From NCBI GenBank assembly GCA_964016885.1, contig OZ024753.1:25668001-25732000 (forward strand): a DNA stretch of 64,000 bases. Reading direction: 5' to 3'. Below are positions 41,420 through 53,525 of the stretch, piece by piece. This DNA is from Eledone cirrhosa. Its lineage: Eukaryota. The notes beneath the pieces are model-generated. The model ran no database searches. It had not been told where the DNA came from and worked only from the letters and a program-made list of their open reading frames with translations. Both the position numbers and the translations under genes were made by a program. The number at the start of each line of letters is the position of its first letter. Position 1 is the stretch's first letter.

Positions 41420-43705
41420 AGTGTCACTGGCTGGTGGCGGTGGTGTGTTGGTGTGGTGGTGTAGTGGTGTGTTGGTGTGGTGGTGGTGGTGTTGGTGGTA
41501 TGGTGGTGTGGTGGTCTGCTGGTGTGGTGTTGGTGGTGTGGTGGAGTGTCACTGGCTGGTGGCGGTGGTGTGGTCGTGTGGTGGTGTGGTGTAGGTGTGG
41601 TGGTGTGGTGGTGGTGTGCTGGTGTGGTGGTGGTGTGTGTAGTGTTGGTGTTGGTGTGGTGGTGTGGTGGTGTGTGTAGTGTTGGTAGTGGTGTGGTGTA
41701 GTGGTGGTGTGGTGGTGTGTTGGTGTGGTGTGGAGGAGTGGTGGTGTGTTGGTGTGGTGGTGTGGTGGTGGTGTGTTGGTGTGTGTAGTGTTGGTAGTGG
41801 TGTGGTGTAGTGGTGGTGTGGTGGTGTGTTGGTGTGGTGTGGAGGAGTGGTGTAGTGTTGGTGTGGTGGTGTGGTGGTGTGTTGGTGTGTTGGTGTGGTA
41901 TCGTGGAGTGGTGGTGTGTTGGTGTGGTGGTGTGGTCGTGTGTTGGTGTGGTGGTGTGGTGGTGTGTTGGTCTGTGTAGTGTTGGTGTAGTGGTGGTGTG
42001 GTGGTGTGATGTGGTGGTGGTGTAGTGTTGGGGTAGTGGTGGTGTGGTGGTGTGTTGGTGGTGGTGTGGTGGTGTGGTGGTGTAGTGGTGGTGTGTTGGT
42101 GTGTGTAGTGTTGGTGGTGGTGTGGTGTAGTGGTGGTGTGGTGGTGTGTTGGTGTGGTGGAATGGTGGTGTGGTGTAGTGGTGGTGTGGTGTAGTGGTGG
42201 TGTGGTGGTGTGGTGGTGTGGTGGTGGTTGTGTGGTGTAGTGTTGGTGGTGGTGTGGTGTAGTGTTGGTGGTGTTGTGGTGGTGTGGCGTAGTGTTGGTG
42301 GTGGTGTAGTGTTGGTGGTGGTGTGGTGTAGTGTAGTGATGGTGTAGTGGTTCTGGTATGGTGGTGTAGTGGTGTAGTGCTGGTATGGTGGTGGTGTAAT
42401 GTAGTGATGGTGTAGTGGTGTAGTGGTGCTGGTATGGTGGTGTAGTGGTGTAGTGCTGGTATGGTGGTGGTGTGGTGTAGTGTTGGTGGTGGTGTAGTGT
42501 TGGTGGTGGTGTGGTGTAGTTAGTGATGGTGTAGTGGTGCTGATATGGTGGTGTAGTGGTGTAGTGCTGGTATGGTGGTGGTGTAATGTAGTGATGGTGT
42601 AGTGGTGTAGTGGTGCTGGTATGGTGGTGTAGTGGTGTAGTGCTGGTATGGTGGTGGTGTGGTGTAGTGTTGGTGGCGGTGTAGTGTTGGTGGTGGTGTG
42701 GTGTAGTTAGTGATGGTGTAGTGGTGCTGATATGGTGGTGTAGTGGTGTAGTGCTGGTATGGTGGTGGTGTAATGTAGTGATGGTGTAGTGGTGCTGGTA
42801 TGGTGGTGTAGTGGTGTAGTGTAGTGGTGCTGGTATGATGGTGTGGTACGGTGTTGTAGTGGTGTAGTGTAGTGTAGTGGTGTGGTGGTATGGTGTAGTG
42901 ATGGTGTAGTGTAGTGGTATGGTAGAGTGGTGTGGTCTGGTGTTGTGGTGGTGTGGTACGCTGGTGTAGTGGTGTAGTGGTGTGGTGGTGTGGTGCTGGT
43001 AGCGGTGTAGTGTGGTGGTGTGGTGGTGTGGTAGGGTGGTGTAGTTGTACAGTGTAGTGTAGTGGTGTGGTGGTGTGATAGTGGTGTGGTGGTGTGGTAC
43101 GGTGGTATAGTGGTTCTGTGTAGTGTAGTGGTGCTGGTTTGGTGGTTGTGTAGTGTAGTGGTGTGGTAGTGTAGTGGTGCAGTGCAGTGCAGTGCAGTGC
43201 AGGTGGTGTGGTGGTGTAGTGGTGCAGTGCAGTGGTGTGGTGGTGTAGTGGTGCAGTGCAGTGGTGTGGTGGTGTAGTGGTGCAATGCAGTGGAGTGGTG
43301 TGGTGGTGTAGTGGTGCAGTGCAGTGCAGTGGTGTGGTGGTGTAGTGGTGCATTGCAGTGCAGTGGTGTGGTGGTGTAGTGGTGCAGTGCAGTGCAGTGG
43401 TGTGGTGGTGTAGTGGTGCAGTGCAGTGGTGTGGTGGTGTAGTGGTGCAATGCAGTGCAGTGGTGTGGTGGTGTAGTGGTGCAGTGCAGTGCAGTGGTGT
43501 GGTGGTGTAGTGGTGCAGTGCAGTGGTGTGGTGGTGTAGTAGTGCAGTGCAGTGCAGTGGTGTGGTGGTGTAGTGGTGCAATGCAGTGCAGTGGTGTGGT
43601 GGTGTAGTGGTGCAGTGCAGTACAGTGGTGTGGTGGTGTAGTGGTGCATTGCAGTGCAGTGGTGTGGTGGTGTAGTGGTGCAGTGCAGTGCAGTGGTGTG
43701 GTGTT
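41420..43705. repeat. 2.3-kb G/T-rich cryptic simple repeat built from GTG/GTA/GTGCA words with higher-order blocks
   Basis: Direct inspection. The HTTP-rich ORFs derive from it. Confidence 0.95.
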
Positions 43706-43787
43706 GGAGATATTTACAAGAGACAGAAGTATCTCTTTAGTTTTATTAAAAACAACTCATTAATCATGCAGCATCTGTCAACTTTAA

Positions 43788-43915
43788 ATCATTACCTCTA
43801 TCTCATTTCTAATACACGTATACACACACACACATATACACAAATACACATATACACACATACACATATATACACAGACACATATATATACACACATACA
43901 CATATATACACACAC

Positions 43916-43946
<31 letters not shown>

Positions 43947-44173
43947 CATACACATATATACACACATACACATATACACACACATACATACACTTACAGA
44001 CATTACCTCTACCTCATTTCTAATACACATATACACACATACACTTATATACACACATACACATATATACACACATACACATACATACACACATACACAT
44101 ATATACACACATACACACACTTACAGACATTACCTCTATCTCATTTGTAATACACATATGCACACACTTACAG

Positions 44174-44185
<12 letters not shown>
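43788..44185. repeat. Three copies of CATTACCTCTAyCTCATTT.TAATACAC separated by (CA/TA) microsatellite
   Basis: Units at about 43790, 44001 and 44128. Confidence 0.85.
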
Positions 44186-44219
<34 letters not shown>

Positions 44220-44316
44220 CATATACATATATATGCAATTTCATATACAACTATATAATATACTACATATTCTTTCACACACAAAATAAATATTTACATA
44301 TGTACGTCTTTATCTA

Positions 44317-44355
<39 letters not shown>

Positions 44356-44399
44356 ATACATATACATACATATAGAGAAGTAGTTCCACAACAGCTAGT

Positions 44400-46145
44400 C
44401 CACCATTACCGAGAACAATTGTTTCACCTTATTCGGATCATCAGCTCGGTTTAAATGAGATTGTACGGAAAAGGAAAAAAACAACTGTACGGAAAAGGAA
44501 AAAAAAAACAACTGTACGAATACGCATGTCACTTCCCAAGGGGAGGTAAACCCACGTTAGTTCGGTGGGGGGATAGAACTGTGGATACTCAGAAGGATAG
44601 TAGATTATTCATGTTATTCAGTCCAGAATATTATAGATTGTTGATGTTAGTCAATCCGGAGCTTCGTAATTATGTAATAGGTGTTTCCAGATGTGTGGAC
44701 AACGTGAAAAAAGTTAAATTCTTAAATTTAGAGAAACGCTACTACGTAAACTTCTAGGGATATTGAATCTTTCTTCAATGCACAGTCCACAAGACGGATT
44801 CCCATTTCCGGATGGCTTAAACTTAGTAATAACTTTCCATTGAATGGAGTAACCACGCCTGTGTCCTTGAGGGGGCCATACGTGGCTTGCGAGCCCCGTG
44901 GACGATCGTTTGTCTGAGTTTCTGAAAGTCGACAGATGATTCAGGAAGCGTTCATGAAACCGGCTCTCCACCACACCTACATAGAATTTGACCCCTTGTT
45001 AATTTGGTCGGATTGGTCGTAAATTACATTGTTGTTGAAGGGGTCAAGCTTCAGGCCTTCGACAAGAGCATCTTGGTGGGGTTCAGCTCTTCGGTATGTC
45101 GGTGTTGTGAGCCTTCATATTCTTAGCACAGAAGTATCCTAGTTTCACCCTGTGTCTGTTAAATTTGGGACCTACGGGGAAATGTCTATCTAAGCGAGCT
45201 AAAATTCTTTTACCTGCATTAGTTTTAACGTTGAGTGAGAGGGGCAGGGGAAAATTACTTTTCTATTAGCATTATATCTTTTCCTATTGTTGTTGGTGTT
45301 AGCAGGGGAGTAAGTAATTGGTTGCGAGAAGCCGCTGTTAGCTAACGTCGCGTAGTAGTAGGAGGCCGCTCTGTCAAAGATTGCTTTATTAGAGGAGAGG
45401 TTAGAGATTCTAGTCCCGATATTTTTCACGAAGTTTCTAAAAACTGCAGTTGGGTGGCATGAGCCCTCGTGTATGTAATTTAGTTTTTCATTTAGTTTAG
45501 GGAAGGGTCTAAAGGTGTGAAGATCTAAATTTATGTCTAAGTAATCTACGCTAGTAAGGTTAGTAGCTACTGTTATCCTAAGTCCTAACTCATTAAAAGT
45601 AGTAATTAAATCCTTTTTAAAACGGTCCAGGTCGTGACCATTTTTATAACTCGATAGGGTCAGACCATCGTCGCGGTATAATCCCGTGTGGAAGTCCGGG
45701 AATCTAGTACGTAATATATCTAAAATAAACAAGCCAACCAAGTCGCATACATCAGTACTGTCGAATGATCCCATTAATACGTTGAATAGTTCTGAAGTAG
45801 TTGACTTTTTTGTCCAGGCTACTCCATTGTTGAAGAGGAGGGTTTTCCGGCAATGTGGAATGATCTCCCTCTCTAAATCATTGACGGCGGTGTAAGTCGT
45901 GGCAAACTGGGAGAACAGTGACTCTGTCATTAATTGGTTCAACTCATTCAGCTCCAAAAAGCGAAATTCACTCAGTTCGACATTGTGGATTTTTATCCGT
46001 CGATCTCGGTGACCCTGTTGAATAAAGAGTTCGATTTTGCCACCACTTTTCTGGACTGAATAACATGAATAATCTATTATTATTCTGAGTATCCACAGTT
46101 GTCTCCCTCACTTTGATCTAACGTAGGTTTACCTCCCCTTGGGAA
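44400..46145 (-). mobile_element. Penelope-like element (probably Naiad-type) with inverted 5' segments
   Basis: MGSFDSTDVCDLVGLFIL, GLYRDDGL, VDYLDINLD; C-terminal FYVG..HLSTF..CGLCIEE. Segment 46049-46145 is an inverted copy of 44533-44629, and RT motif A (FDIVDFYPSI) lies inverted at about 45960-46048. Confidence 0.9.
44408..44450 (-). ncRNA. Minimal type I PLE hammerhead
   Basis: Minus strand ACCGAG-CTGATGA-T-CC(GAATAA)GG-T-GAAA-CAATTG-TT-CTCGGT. Perfect stem I, palindromic stem III, 3' of the PLE ORF. Confidence 0.88.
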
Positions 46146-46149
46146 AAAT

Positions 46150-47600
46150 ATATCACTGACTTTAGAAAGTACATTGAAAAATCTTGGAAGAGATACCTTG
46201 ACAACTGTTTCATCATCAGGACAGAATCTCTAGATACTCTGGATGAGTTCAATATCCTCCCGAATAACCTACACCCATCTCTCCAATTCACAAAGGAGAT
46301 GAGTATTACCAAATTACCATTCCTAGATATAATGGTAATCAAAAACGACACCACCATCACCACGGATATATATTATAAACACACAGACACCCATCAATAT
46401 CCACCTCATACAAAACGCAACATCCCATACTGCTAGCCAGAAGAATTTGTACCATTGTAGAAGATACGAATACCAGGAACAAACGCCTAACAGAACTGAG
46501 AGAATTTTTGCTCAAACAAAAATACCCAGCTCTACTTATAGAAAATGGCATACAGCGGGCTATAAAAATACCTATACAACAACTTAGGACAACCCAAGGA
46601 AGAAGAAACCAAGAACTGGTCATACCATTTATAATGACACACAACCCATGTCACCAGAATATCTTCAACACTGCCAAAGCAAACCTACCGATCATTGCTC
46701 ATTAGTAAAAGACAGCCGAAAAATTTGAAGCAATTACTAACAAAAGCAAAGTTTGACCTTAACAACAAAGACCAATCATTCACTATATCTAAATGCAATG
46801 ATAGTCGATGTGGCACATGTCAATCCATACACTCCGGTCAATATATGAACACAAAAACTGGAAAAATATTCCCAAATGCAAATATGAACTGCAAATATGA
46901 ACTGCAAAAGCAAAAATCTAATTTACTGCATTAAATGCCCGAATTGTGAAGAACTATATGTCGGTCAAACTGGAAATGCACTATCGGAACGTGCACGGGT
47001 GCACCGACAGCAAATCAGAGACCCAAATGTCCGTCAGATACCCTTGAGTAACCATCTAGCAGCATGTGGTCAGAAGATATTTATAATATTTCCATTCTAC
47101 AAATTACACAGCCCAAGTGAAATCAGGAGATAAATCCAAGAAAAGAATTTTATTGATAAATTCCAACCCAAGCTAAATGAACAATAATAAATAATAAAAG
47201 TGATGTTGATGGTGATGATTACTAGAAAATGCTATTTTCATCGTTTCTAAAAATATCAAAACAATTGATGCTTTGGATAGGGTCAAATAGAAGTCGTTAG
47301 ACATGCTCAACCAACCGTGACGCCTAAACCAATCAGCTTTAGTAATCCAGTGAAACTACACACCGATTGGTCGAAATACAGTTTGCAAGATTTAGCATTC
47401 TGTAGCCACATTTCACTGTATATAAGGCACAACATTTACCCATCTCATTACAGTTGAAAATTGCAAACTTGACTGTCACCACAGAATATGAACCTGAAGA
47501 TTGCGAAAGCATGAAAGTACTTGTTCAATTAACACTTAACATTTAATATTCTACCATACTATTTCATTCTAATACCATTATAATTTTAAAGGATTGTAAA
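46150..47600 (+). mobile_element. 5'-truncated Penelope-like element (Neptune-like Zn finger + GIY-YIG) with 3' UTR
   Basis: LPFLDIMV, TDIYYKHTDTHQY, CNDSRCGTC, NLIYCIKCPNCEELYVGQTG..RARVHRQQI. Confidence 0.9.
47489..47527 (+). ncRNA. Minimal type I PLE hammerhead
   Basis: TGAAC-CTGAAGA-T-TGC(GAAA)GCA-T-GAAA-GTAC-TT-GTTCA. GNRA-capped stem II and palindromic AGTACT stem III. Confidence 0.9.
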
Positions 47601-47673
47601 TAAAACGAGTAAATCAGACAAAGTTGGAATTCCTTTTATTAATATAATCTTCTATACACAATCATACACACCC

Positions 47674-47730
<57 letters not shown>

Positions 47731-47789
47731 GTGTAATGAATTCTTTTACAATGAAATTAGCTCAAAGAAAGAAATATTTCTGAGCCGTG

Positions 47790-48558
47790 TAAAACATTTA
47801 AATATAAATTAATATATATGATGAAACACAAATACCAACATATCTGTATTTATATTGCAAAAGAAAATTTAGTTAGCTAGAATGAAGTATACTAATTATA
47901 ATATTACAGTCTACCCATATCGATTTAAAATAATAAATCAACAAAGACAAACAGTATTGCCAACTGGCCGTGATGTTTAGACACATTTAAATTTCAAAAT
48001 CAAACCTGTTCCGTAGATAAGTTTAAACTTTAAAATCCAAATATGTTTCGAGATAAAAAAGTGTAAATGTCCTGCTCTCTTCAGTAAACATCCAGGAACA
48101 AATTGATATTCCTTCACTTCCAAATATTTTAAAAGACTGTGTAACGCACACGGTTTACAGTTTCTAGCTAGTCTCATAACCGTACTGCTAGAAATAACAG
48201 CCGTATATATGAGGCTACTTTCAGCTCAACCTAAGGAGCAATAATATTAAGTGTAATGAATTCTTTTACAATGAAAGAAATACACTTTTTTTTATCTCGA
48301 AACATATTTGGATTTTAAAGTTTAAACTTATCTACGGAACAGGTTTGATTTTGAAATTTAAATGTGTCTAAACATCACGGCCAGTTGGCAATACTGTTTG
48401 TCTTTGTAGATTTATTATTTTAAATCGATATGGGCAGACTGTAATATTATAATTAGTATACTTCATTCTAGCTAACTAAATTTTCTTTTGCAATATAAAT
48501 ACAGATATGTTGGTATTTGTGTTTCATCATATATATTAATTTATATTTAAATGTTTTA
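47790..48558. repeat. About 275-bp inverted repeat pair (47790-48065 and 48281-48558) with a degenerate hammerhead at 48035-48092 (-)
   Basis: The arms are near-perfect reverse complements. Minus strand reads CTGAAGA-GAG...CTC-GAAA-CATATT. A 32-bp direct repeat lies at 47725 and 48245. Confidence 0.85.
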
Positions 48559-48597
48559 TATATATATATATATGTTTATTCATTATTTTTATTAATT

Positions 48598-48685
<88 letters not shown>

Positions 48686-49464
48686 ATGGTCTTTATTCTC
48701 TCTCGTTCACGATTTCACCGAACTTATATTCATGGAAATTTTTGGACTTGACTCGCTCTTCCTCACTTTTCGTTGGAAGATCACTGATGAAGGACCACTT
48801 TATTCATATGTAACCCATTTGCAACTCCGCAGCACGTTTATTCTCATATTTACACATATTTTTTTCTCCCGCTGGGACCCGTCTATTTCGTTCTTACTGC
48901 TTCCTCTTTCTCTGTATCTTTACCCTCTCTAACAGTCACTGTTAGCCTCTTCCTCACCCTTCACTCACTCACTCTCTGTTACTACCTCTCCTCCTCCCCC
49001 TTCTTCCCGTTTGACCTGTGCGTAATTCTTTTCTTTCGCACGCTTGGCCAGGCCGGTCGGCATTTTTTCTTTCTCTCGTCTACGATTTCACAGAACTTAT
49101 GTTTACCGAATTCACAGACTAGACCCCTTCTTCCTCCCGTTTGACCTGTGCGAAATTCCTTCCTTGCTCACATTTCAACCAGGTTTGATGGTCTTTATTC
49201 TCTCTCGTTCACGATTTCACCGAACTTATATTCATAGAAATTTTTGGACTTGACTCGCTCTTCCTCACTTTTCGTTGCTTCACCATCTTTGTTTGTTTAC
49301 ACTCTCGCTGTTCCTTTTATTTACGTGTCCCAACGACTATCTTTAGCCGTTGCTCGCACCAACCGGAGGTATATGGTCTTTAAAGCGAAGAAATACCGAT
49401 GATGATTGGAAGATCACTGATGAAGGACCACTTTATTCATATATATATATATATACATATACGA

Positions 49465-50211
49465 TGATATTAAATAAATGGAAACTATATTTATAAAACC
49501 ATATTTATTCAATTATATATATTTCAAGGGTACCAAAATGTTTTATAAATATTTGACATGACCAAGGATAATATACCTTAACGGTTCAAGTTATCCCTGG
49601 AAAGTGAAAGGGAAGAGAGAAAACATTCTCAATGTTGAACATATTTTTGAATCCACAAATTATTCTAATCTCACAACTTAAAAATAAAATTTCAACATCC
49701 TTCGTAATATAAACAATCAATACATACGCAACTTATCAACATATATTTAGATATTTATATACATATAACCTATCCTGATGTAATAGGATAAAAATACTTA
49801 CAACCAAAATTCTTCATATAATATAATTGATTATATATACAATATTATAACTCATAATATAGGTAACAACATGTTTTTCACCCCAATTAATGTTATTCCT
49901 TTCTCTTGCTCTTCCTTATCATAATTATTTAAATTTTCCGTAGCGTCTAAAATAACGTTTTTTCAGCCCTTTAATATAAACCTCATTTGCATACTCATAT
50001 TAATAATTTTAAATATCTGTTTTCTCTCTTCCCTTTAACTTTACAGGGATAACTTGAACCGTTAAGGTATATTATCCTTGGTCATGTCAAATATTTATAA
50101 AACATTTTGTATTTTATCTGATGATAGCGTACCAAAATTTCGGTACCCTTGAAATATATATAATTGAATAAATATGGTTTTATAAATATAGTTTCCATTT
50201 ATTTAATATCA
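49465..50211. repeat. Inverted repeat pair (49465-49599 and 50044-50211)
   Basis: Reverse-complement arms. The left arm lacks the about 33 bp that contain CTGATGA. Confidence 0.9.
50111..50169 (+). ncRNA. Type I hammerhead motif
   Basis: ATTTTAT-CTGATGA-T-AGCGTACC(AAAATTTC)GGTACCCT-T-GAAA-TATATA-TA-ATTGAAT. Confidence 0.75.
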
Positions 50212-50312
50212 TTGAATATTTACTCCAGAAAGCTGTCGAGTGCTCTGAATCAGTTATACAAATTTATATTTATTTGTATTTCCAACAAATTAAATATCCC
50301 TTCTACCTTCTA

Positions 50313-50364
<52 letters not shown>

Positions 50365-50814
50365 CTTATTGTAGCTAATTAGTGAGTCATGTTACTCTGG
50401 AGTGACTACTTATCTATAATAAATGTATATTTAAACTCTACTTCGGTATTGAGCACTCATTCTCACGTCCGTCAATAACACGCACACACATATATATAAA
50501 TATTGATGTGTATGTGTGTGTATTTAACTTTGCGTCTGTGTTTGTGTTTATGTCCCGCATCACCCCGGTTCGACAAAAGAGGGATCGATAAAATAAGTAC
50601 TGAAGTCGATATTATTGATTAGATTATGGCGGTCCTCCAGCATAGCCACAGTCTACTAACTGAAACAAGTAAAATGGTCAAATATTCAAAGTAAAGCAAC
50701 TTTAAAATGGCCCTTTGGGGAAAATCCATGCCACTGCGTGTTGGTTGGAAAACGTTAGACTTATTCCCATTTCATCATATCCTGAAATACTAAAACTCTC
50801 GTGCATTGGATTAT

Positions 50815-51268
50815 AACGACGTGACTTGCTTCTCCCACGAGATCATAGAGTAACGACGAGACTTGTTTCTCCCATGAGATCATAGTGTAATGACGAGACT
50901 TGCTTCTCCTACAAGATCATAGTGTAACGACGAGACTTGCTTCTCTTACGAAATCATAGTGTAACGACGAGACTTGCTTCTCCCACGTTATGGTAGTGTA
51001 ACGACGGGACTTGCTTCTCCCATGAGAATATAGTGTACCGACAAAACTTGCTTTTGTAACGAAGGGCATTAGTAGTGGTAGTTAGATGAATAACAAGAAT
51101 GGCTGATTTACTTTATATATAAAAAGGTTTACTTCACTTCAGTCAAAAAGAACAATGAACAAGTTCATTGTTCTTTTTGACTGGTTTCAGACTACACCAG
51201 CCTCATGAATCAAGTTGCGAAGGTTGACGATGTTATTTTGATTCATGAGGCTGGTGTAGTCTGAAACC

Positions 51269-51311
<43 letters not shown>

Positions 51312-51950
51312 ATGGTCTGTGGTTCATTGTAGAACTCAGCGGCTTGTAGTAGGCGGTGAATCTCTACATAGCTATACTATAGCGTACTGCTCCGATCACT
51401 CTGTGTATTAGACGTGGGATCATACAGGCTTTATATATCTGTCGCTTTCTGTCTCCCACCTTGAGGGACCATCCACGCATGAACCTGACCACACCGAAAA
51501 GGATGGTGACTTAGAATTTGACTTCTATGTGTCACCCAAGGTTCAAGGCGTGGACAGATTTCGCTACACTTTCTCCCACGAGATCATAGTATAACGACGA
51601 GATTTGCTTCTCCCACGAGATCATAGAATGACGACGAGACTTGCTTCTCCTATGAGATCATAGTGTCACGAGGAGATTTGCTTCTCCCACGAGATCATAG
51701 TGTCACGAGGAGTCTTGCTTCTCCTACAAGATCATAGTTTAACGACCAAACTTGCTTCTCCCACGGGATCATAGTTTAACGACGAGACTTGCTTCTCCTA
51801 TGAGATCATAGTGTCACGAGGAGATTTGCTTCTCCCACGAGATCATAGTGTCACGAGGAGTCTTGCTTCTCCTACAAGATCATAGTTTAACGACCAAACT
51901 TGCTTCTCCCACGGGATCATAGTTTAACGACGAGACTTGCTTCTCCTATG
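50815..51950. repeat. 37-bp minisatellite in two blocks (50815-51053 and 51571-51950) interrupted by about 520 bp
   Basis: Unit AACGACGAGACTTGCTTCTCCCACGAGATCATAGTGT. The second block shows a 4-unit higher-order duplication. Confidence 0.93.
51140..51270. repeat. Two abutting hairpins with perfect arms (21-bp and 33-bp arms)
   Basis: 51140-51160 pairs with 51163-51183; 51181-51213 pairs with 51238-51270. Confidence 0.9.
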
Positions 51951-52359
51951 AGAGTTACATCAATGGAGTAATGAATGTATTAAAATCTCTAATTGAAAAT
52001 ATAAATAATTTATGATATACTTGTGTTGTATCAGCTTGACAAAAGATTTAAACTGAGAGTAGGTTTTAAAACTAATACAATTTCCTTCTACCCCCCCCCC
52101 CACCAAACAATCAGAAATGAAAATACCGTTAAAAATTAAGCCACAAAAAAAAAACACAAAACACAGGTAATAAAAAGAAAATTAGTAAAAACTAACAACA
52201 ACAAACAAACAAAAATGCCTGAAGAAATGTTTAGATTGTAATTGACGAAGATAGAATATGTTATAGAAAATAAATCAAATAAGAAAGCAGAACAAATCTA
52301 AACATGAGGAATACTTTGAATATTTACCAACAAAAACTGATACAGAACCACAAAACAAG

Positions 52360-53323
52360 AAACATTACAGAGTGGTACAAGAAACCCGGGTTCTGTAGCA
52401 CAAACATTACAGGGTGGTACAATAAACCCGGGTTTTGTAGCACAAACATTACAGGGTGGTACAAGAAACCCGGGTTCTGTAGCACAGACATTACAGGGTG
52501 GTACAATAAACTGGGGTTCTGTAGCACAAACATTACAGGGTGGTACAATAAACTGGGGTTCTGTAGCACAAACATTACATGGTGGTACAATAAACTGGGG
52601 TTCTGTAGCACAAACATTACAGGGTGGTACAAGAAACCCGGGTTGTGTAGCACAAACATTACAGGGTGGTACAATAAACTGGGGTTCTGTAGCACAAACA
52701 TTACAGGGTGGTACAATAAACTGGGGTTCTGTAGCACAAACATTACAGGGTGGTACAATAAACTGGGGTTCTGTAGCACAAACATTACAGGGTGGTACAA
52801 GAAACCCGGGTTGTGTAGCACAAACATTACAGGGTGGTACAAGAAACCCGGGTGGTGTAGTACAAACATTACAGGGTGGTACAAGAAACCCGGATTCTGT
52901 AGCACAAACATTACAGGGTGGTACAATAAACTGGGGTTCTGTAGCACAGACATTACAGGGTGGTACAATAAACTGGGGTTCTGTAGCACAAACATTACAG
53001 GGTGGTACAATAAACTGGGGTTCTGTAGCACAAACATTACATGGTGGTACAATAAACTGGGGTTCTGTAGCACAAACATTACAGGGTGGTACAAGAAACC
53101 CGGGTTGTGTAGCACAAACATTACAGGGTGGTACAAGAAACCCGGGTTCTATAGCACAAACATTACAGGGTGGTACAAGAAACCCGGGTGGTGTAGCACA
53201 AACATTACAGGGTGGTACAAGAAACCCGGGTTTTGTAGCACAAACATTACAGGGTGGTACAAGAAACCCGGGTGGTGTAGCACAAACATTACAGGGTGGT
53301 ACAAGAAACCCGGGTGGTGTAGC
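52360..53323. repeat. 42-bp minisatellite, about 23 copies, two alternating variants
   Basis: AACATTACAGGGTGGTACAA(G/T)AAAC(CC/TG)GGGTTCTGTAGCACA. It produces the stop-free TNITGWYNKLGFCS ORF. Confidence 0.96.
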
Positions 53324-53477
53324 ATAGCGTTATTACAAAACTGGAAGATGGTTGGATAACATCTATGACCTTGGCTGGGTCTCGCTTGGAGATCCAGCCG
53401 GATCAGTTGGAGGTGGTTGTTTCTGACAGGATCCGATGGAAGGTGTGTCTGAGGTCCCAGCCTCCAGGACCCTCCCA

Positions 53478-53525
53478 AGAAGAAGAAGAAGAAGAAGAAG
53501 AAGAAGAAGAAGAAGAAGAAGAAGA
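53478..53525. repeat. (GAA)n microsatellite
   Basis: Direct inspection. Confidence 0.97.

Noticed and set aside
41424-43649. 741-aa His/Thr/Pro-rich ORF
   Set aside because: It is a low-complexity G/T repeat open in several frames, with no domain or splice evidence.
48775-48830. CTGATGA(A)GGAC in the 10.7/48.8/49.4-kb repeat family as a hammerhead
   Set aside because: I could not find a pairing stem II 3' strand followed by GAAA and NUH.
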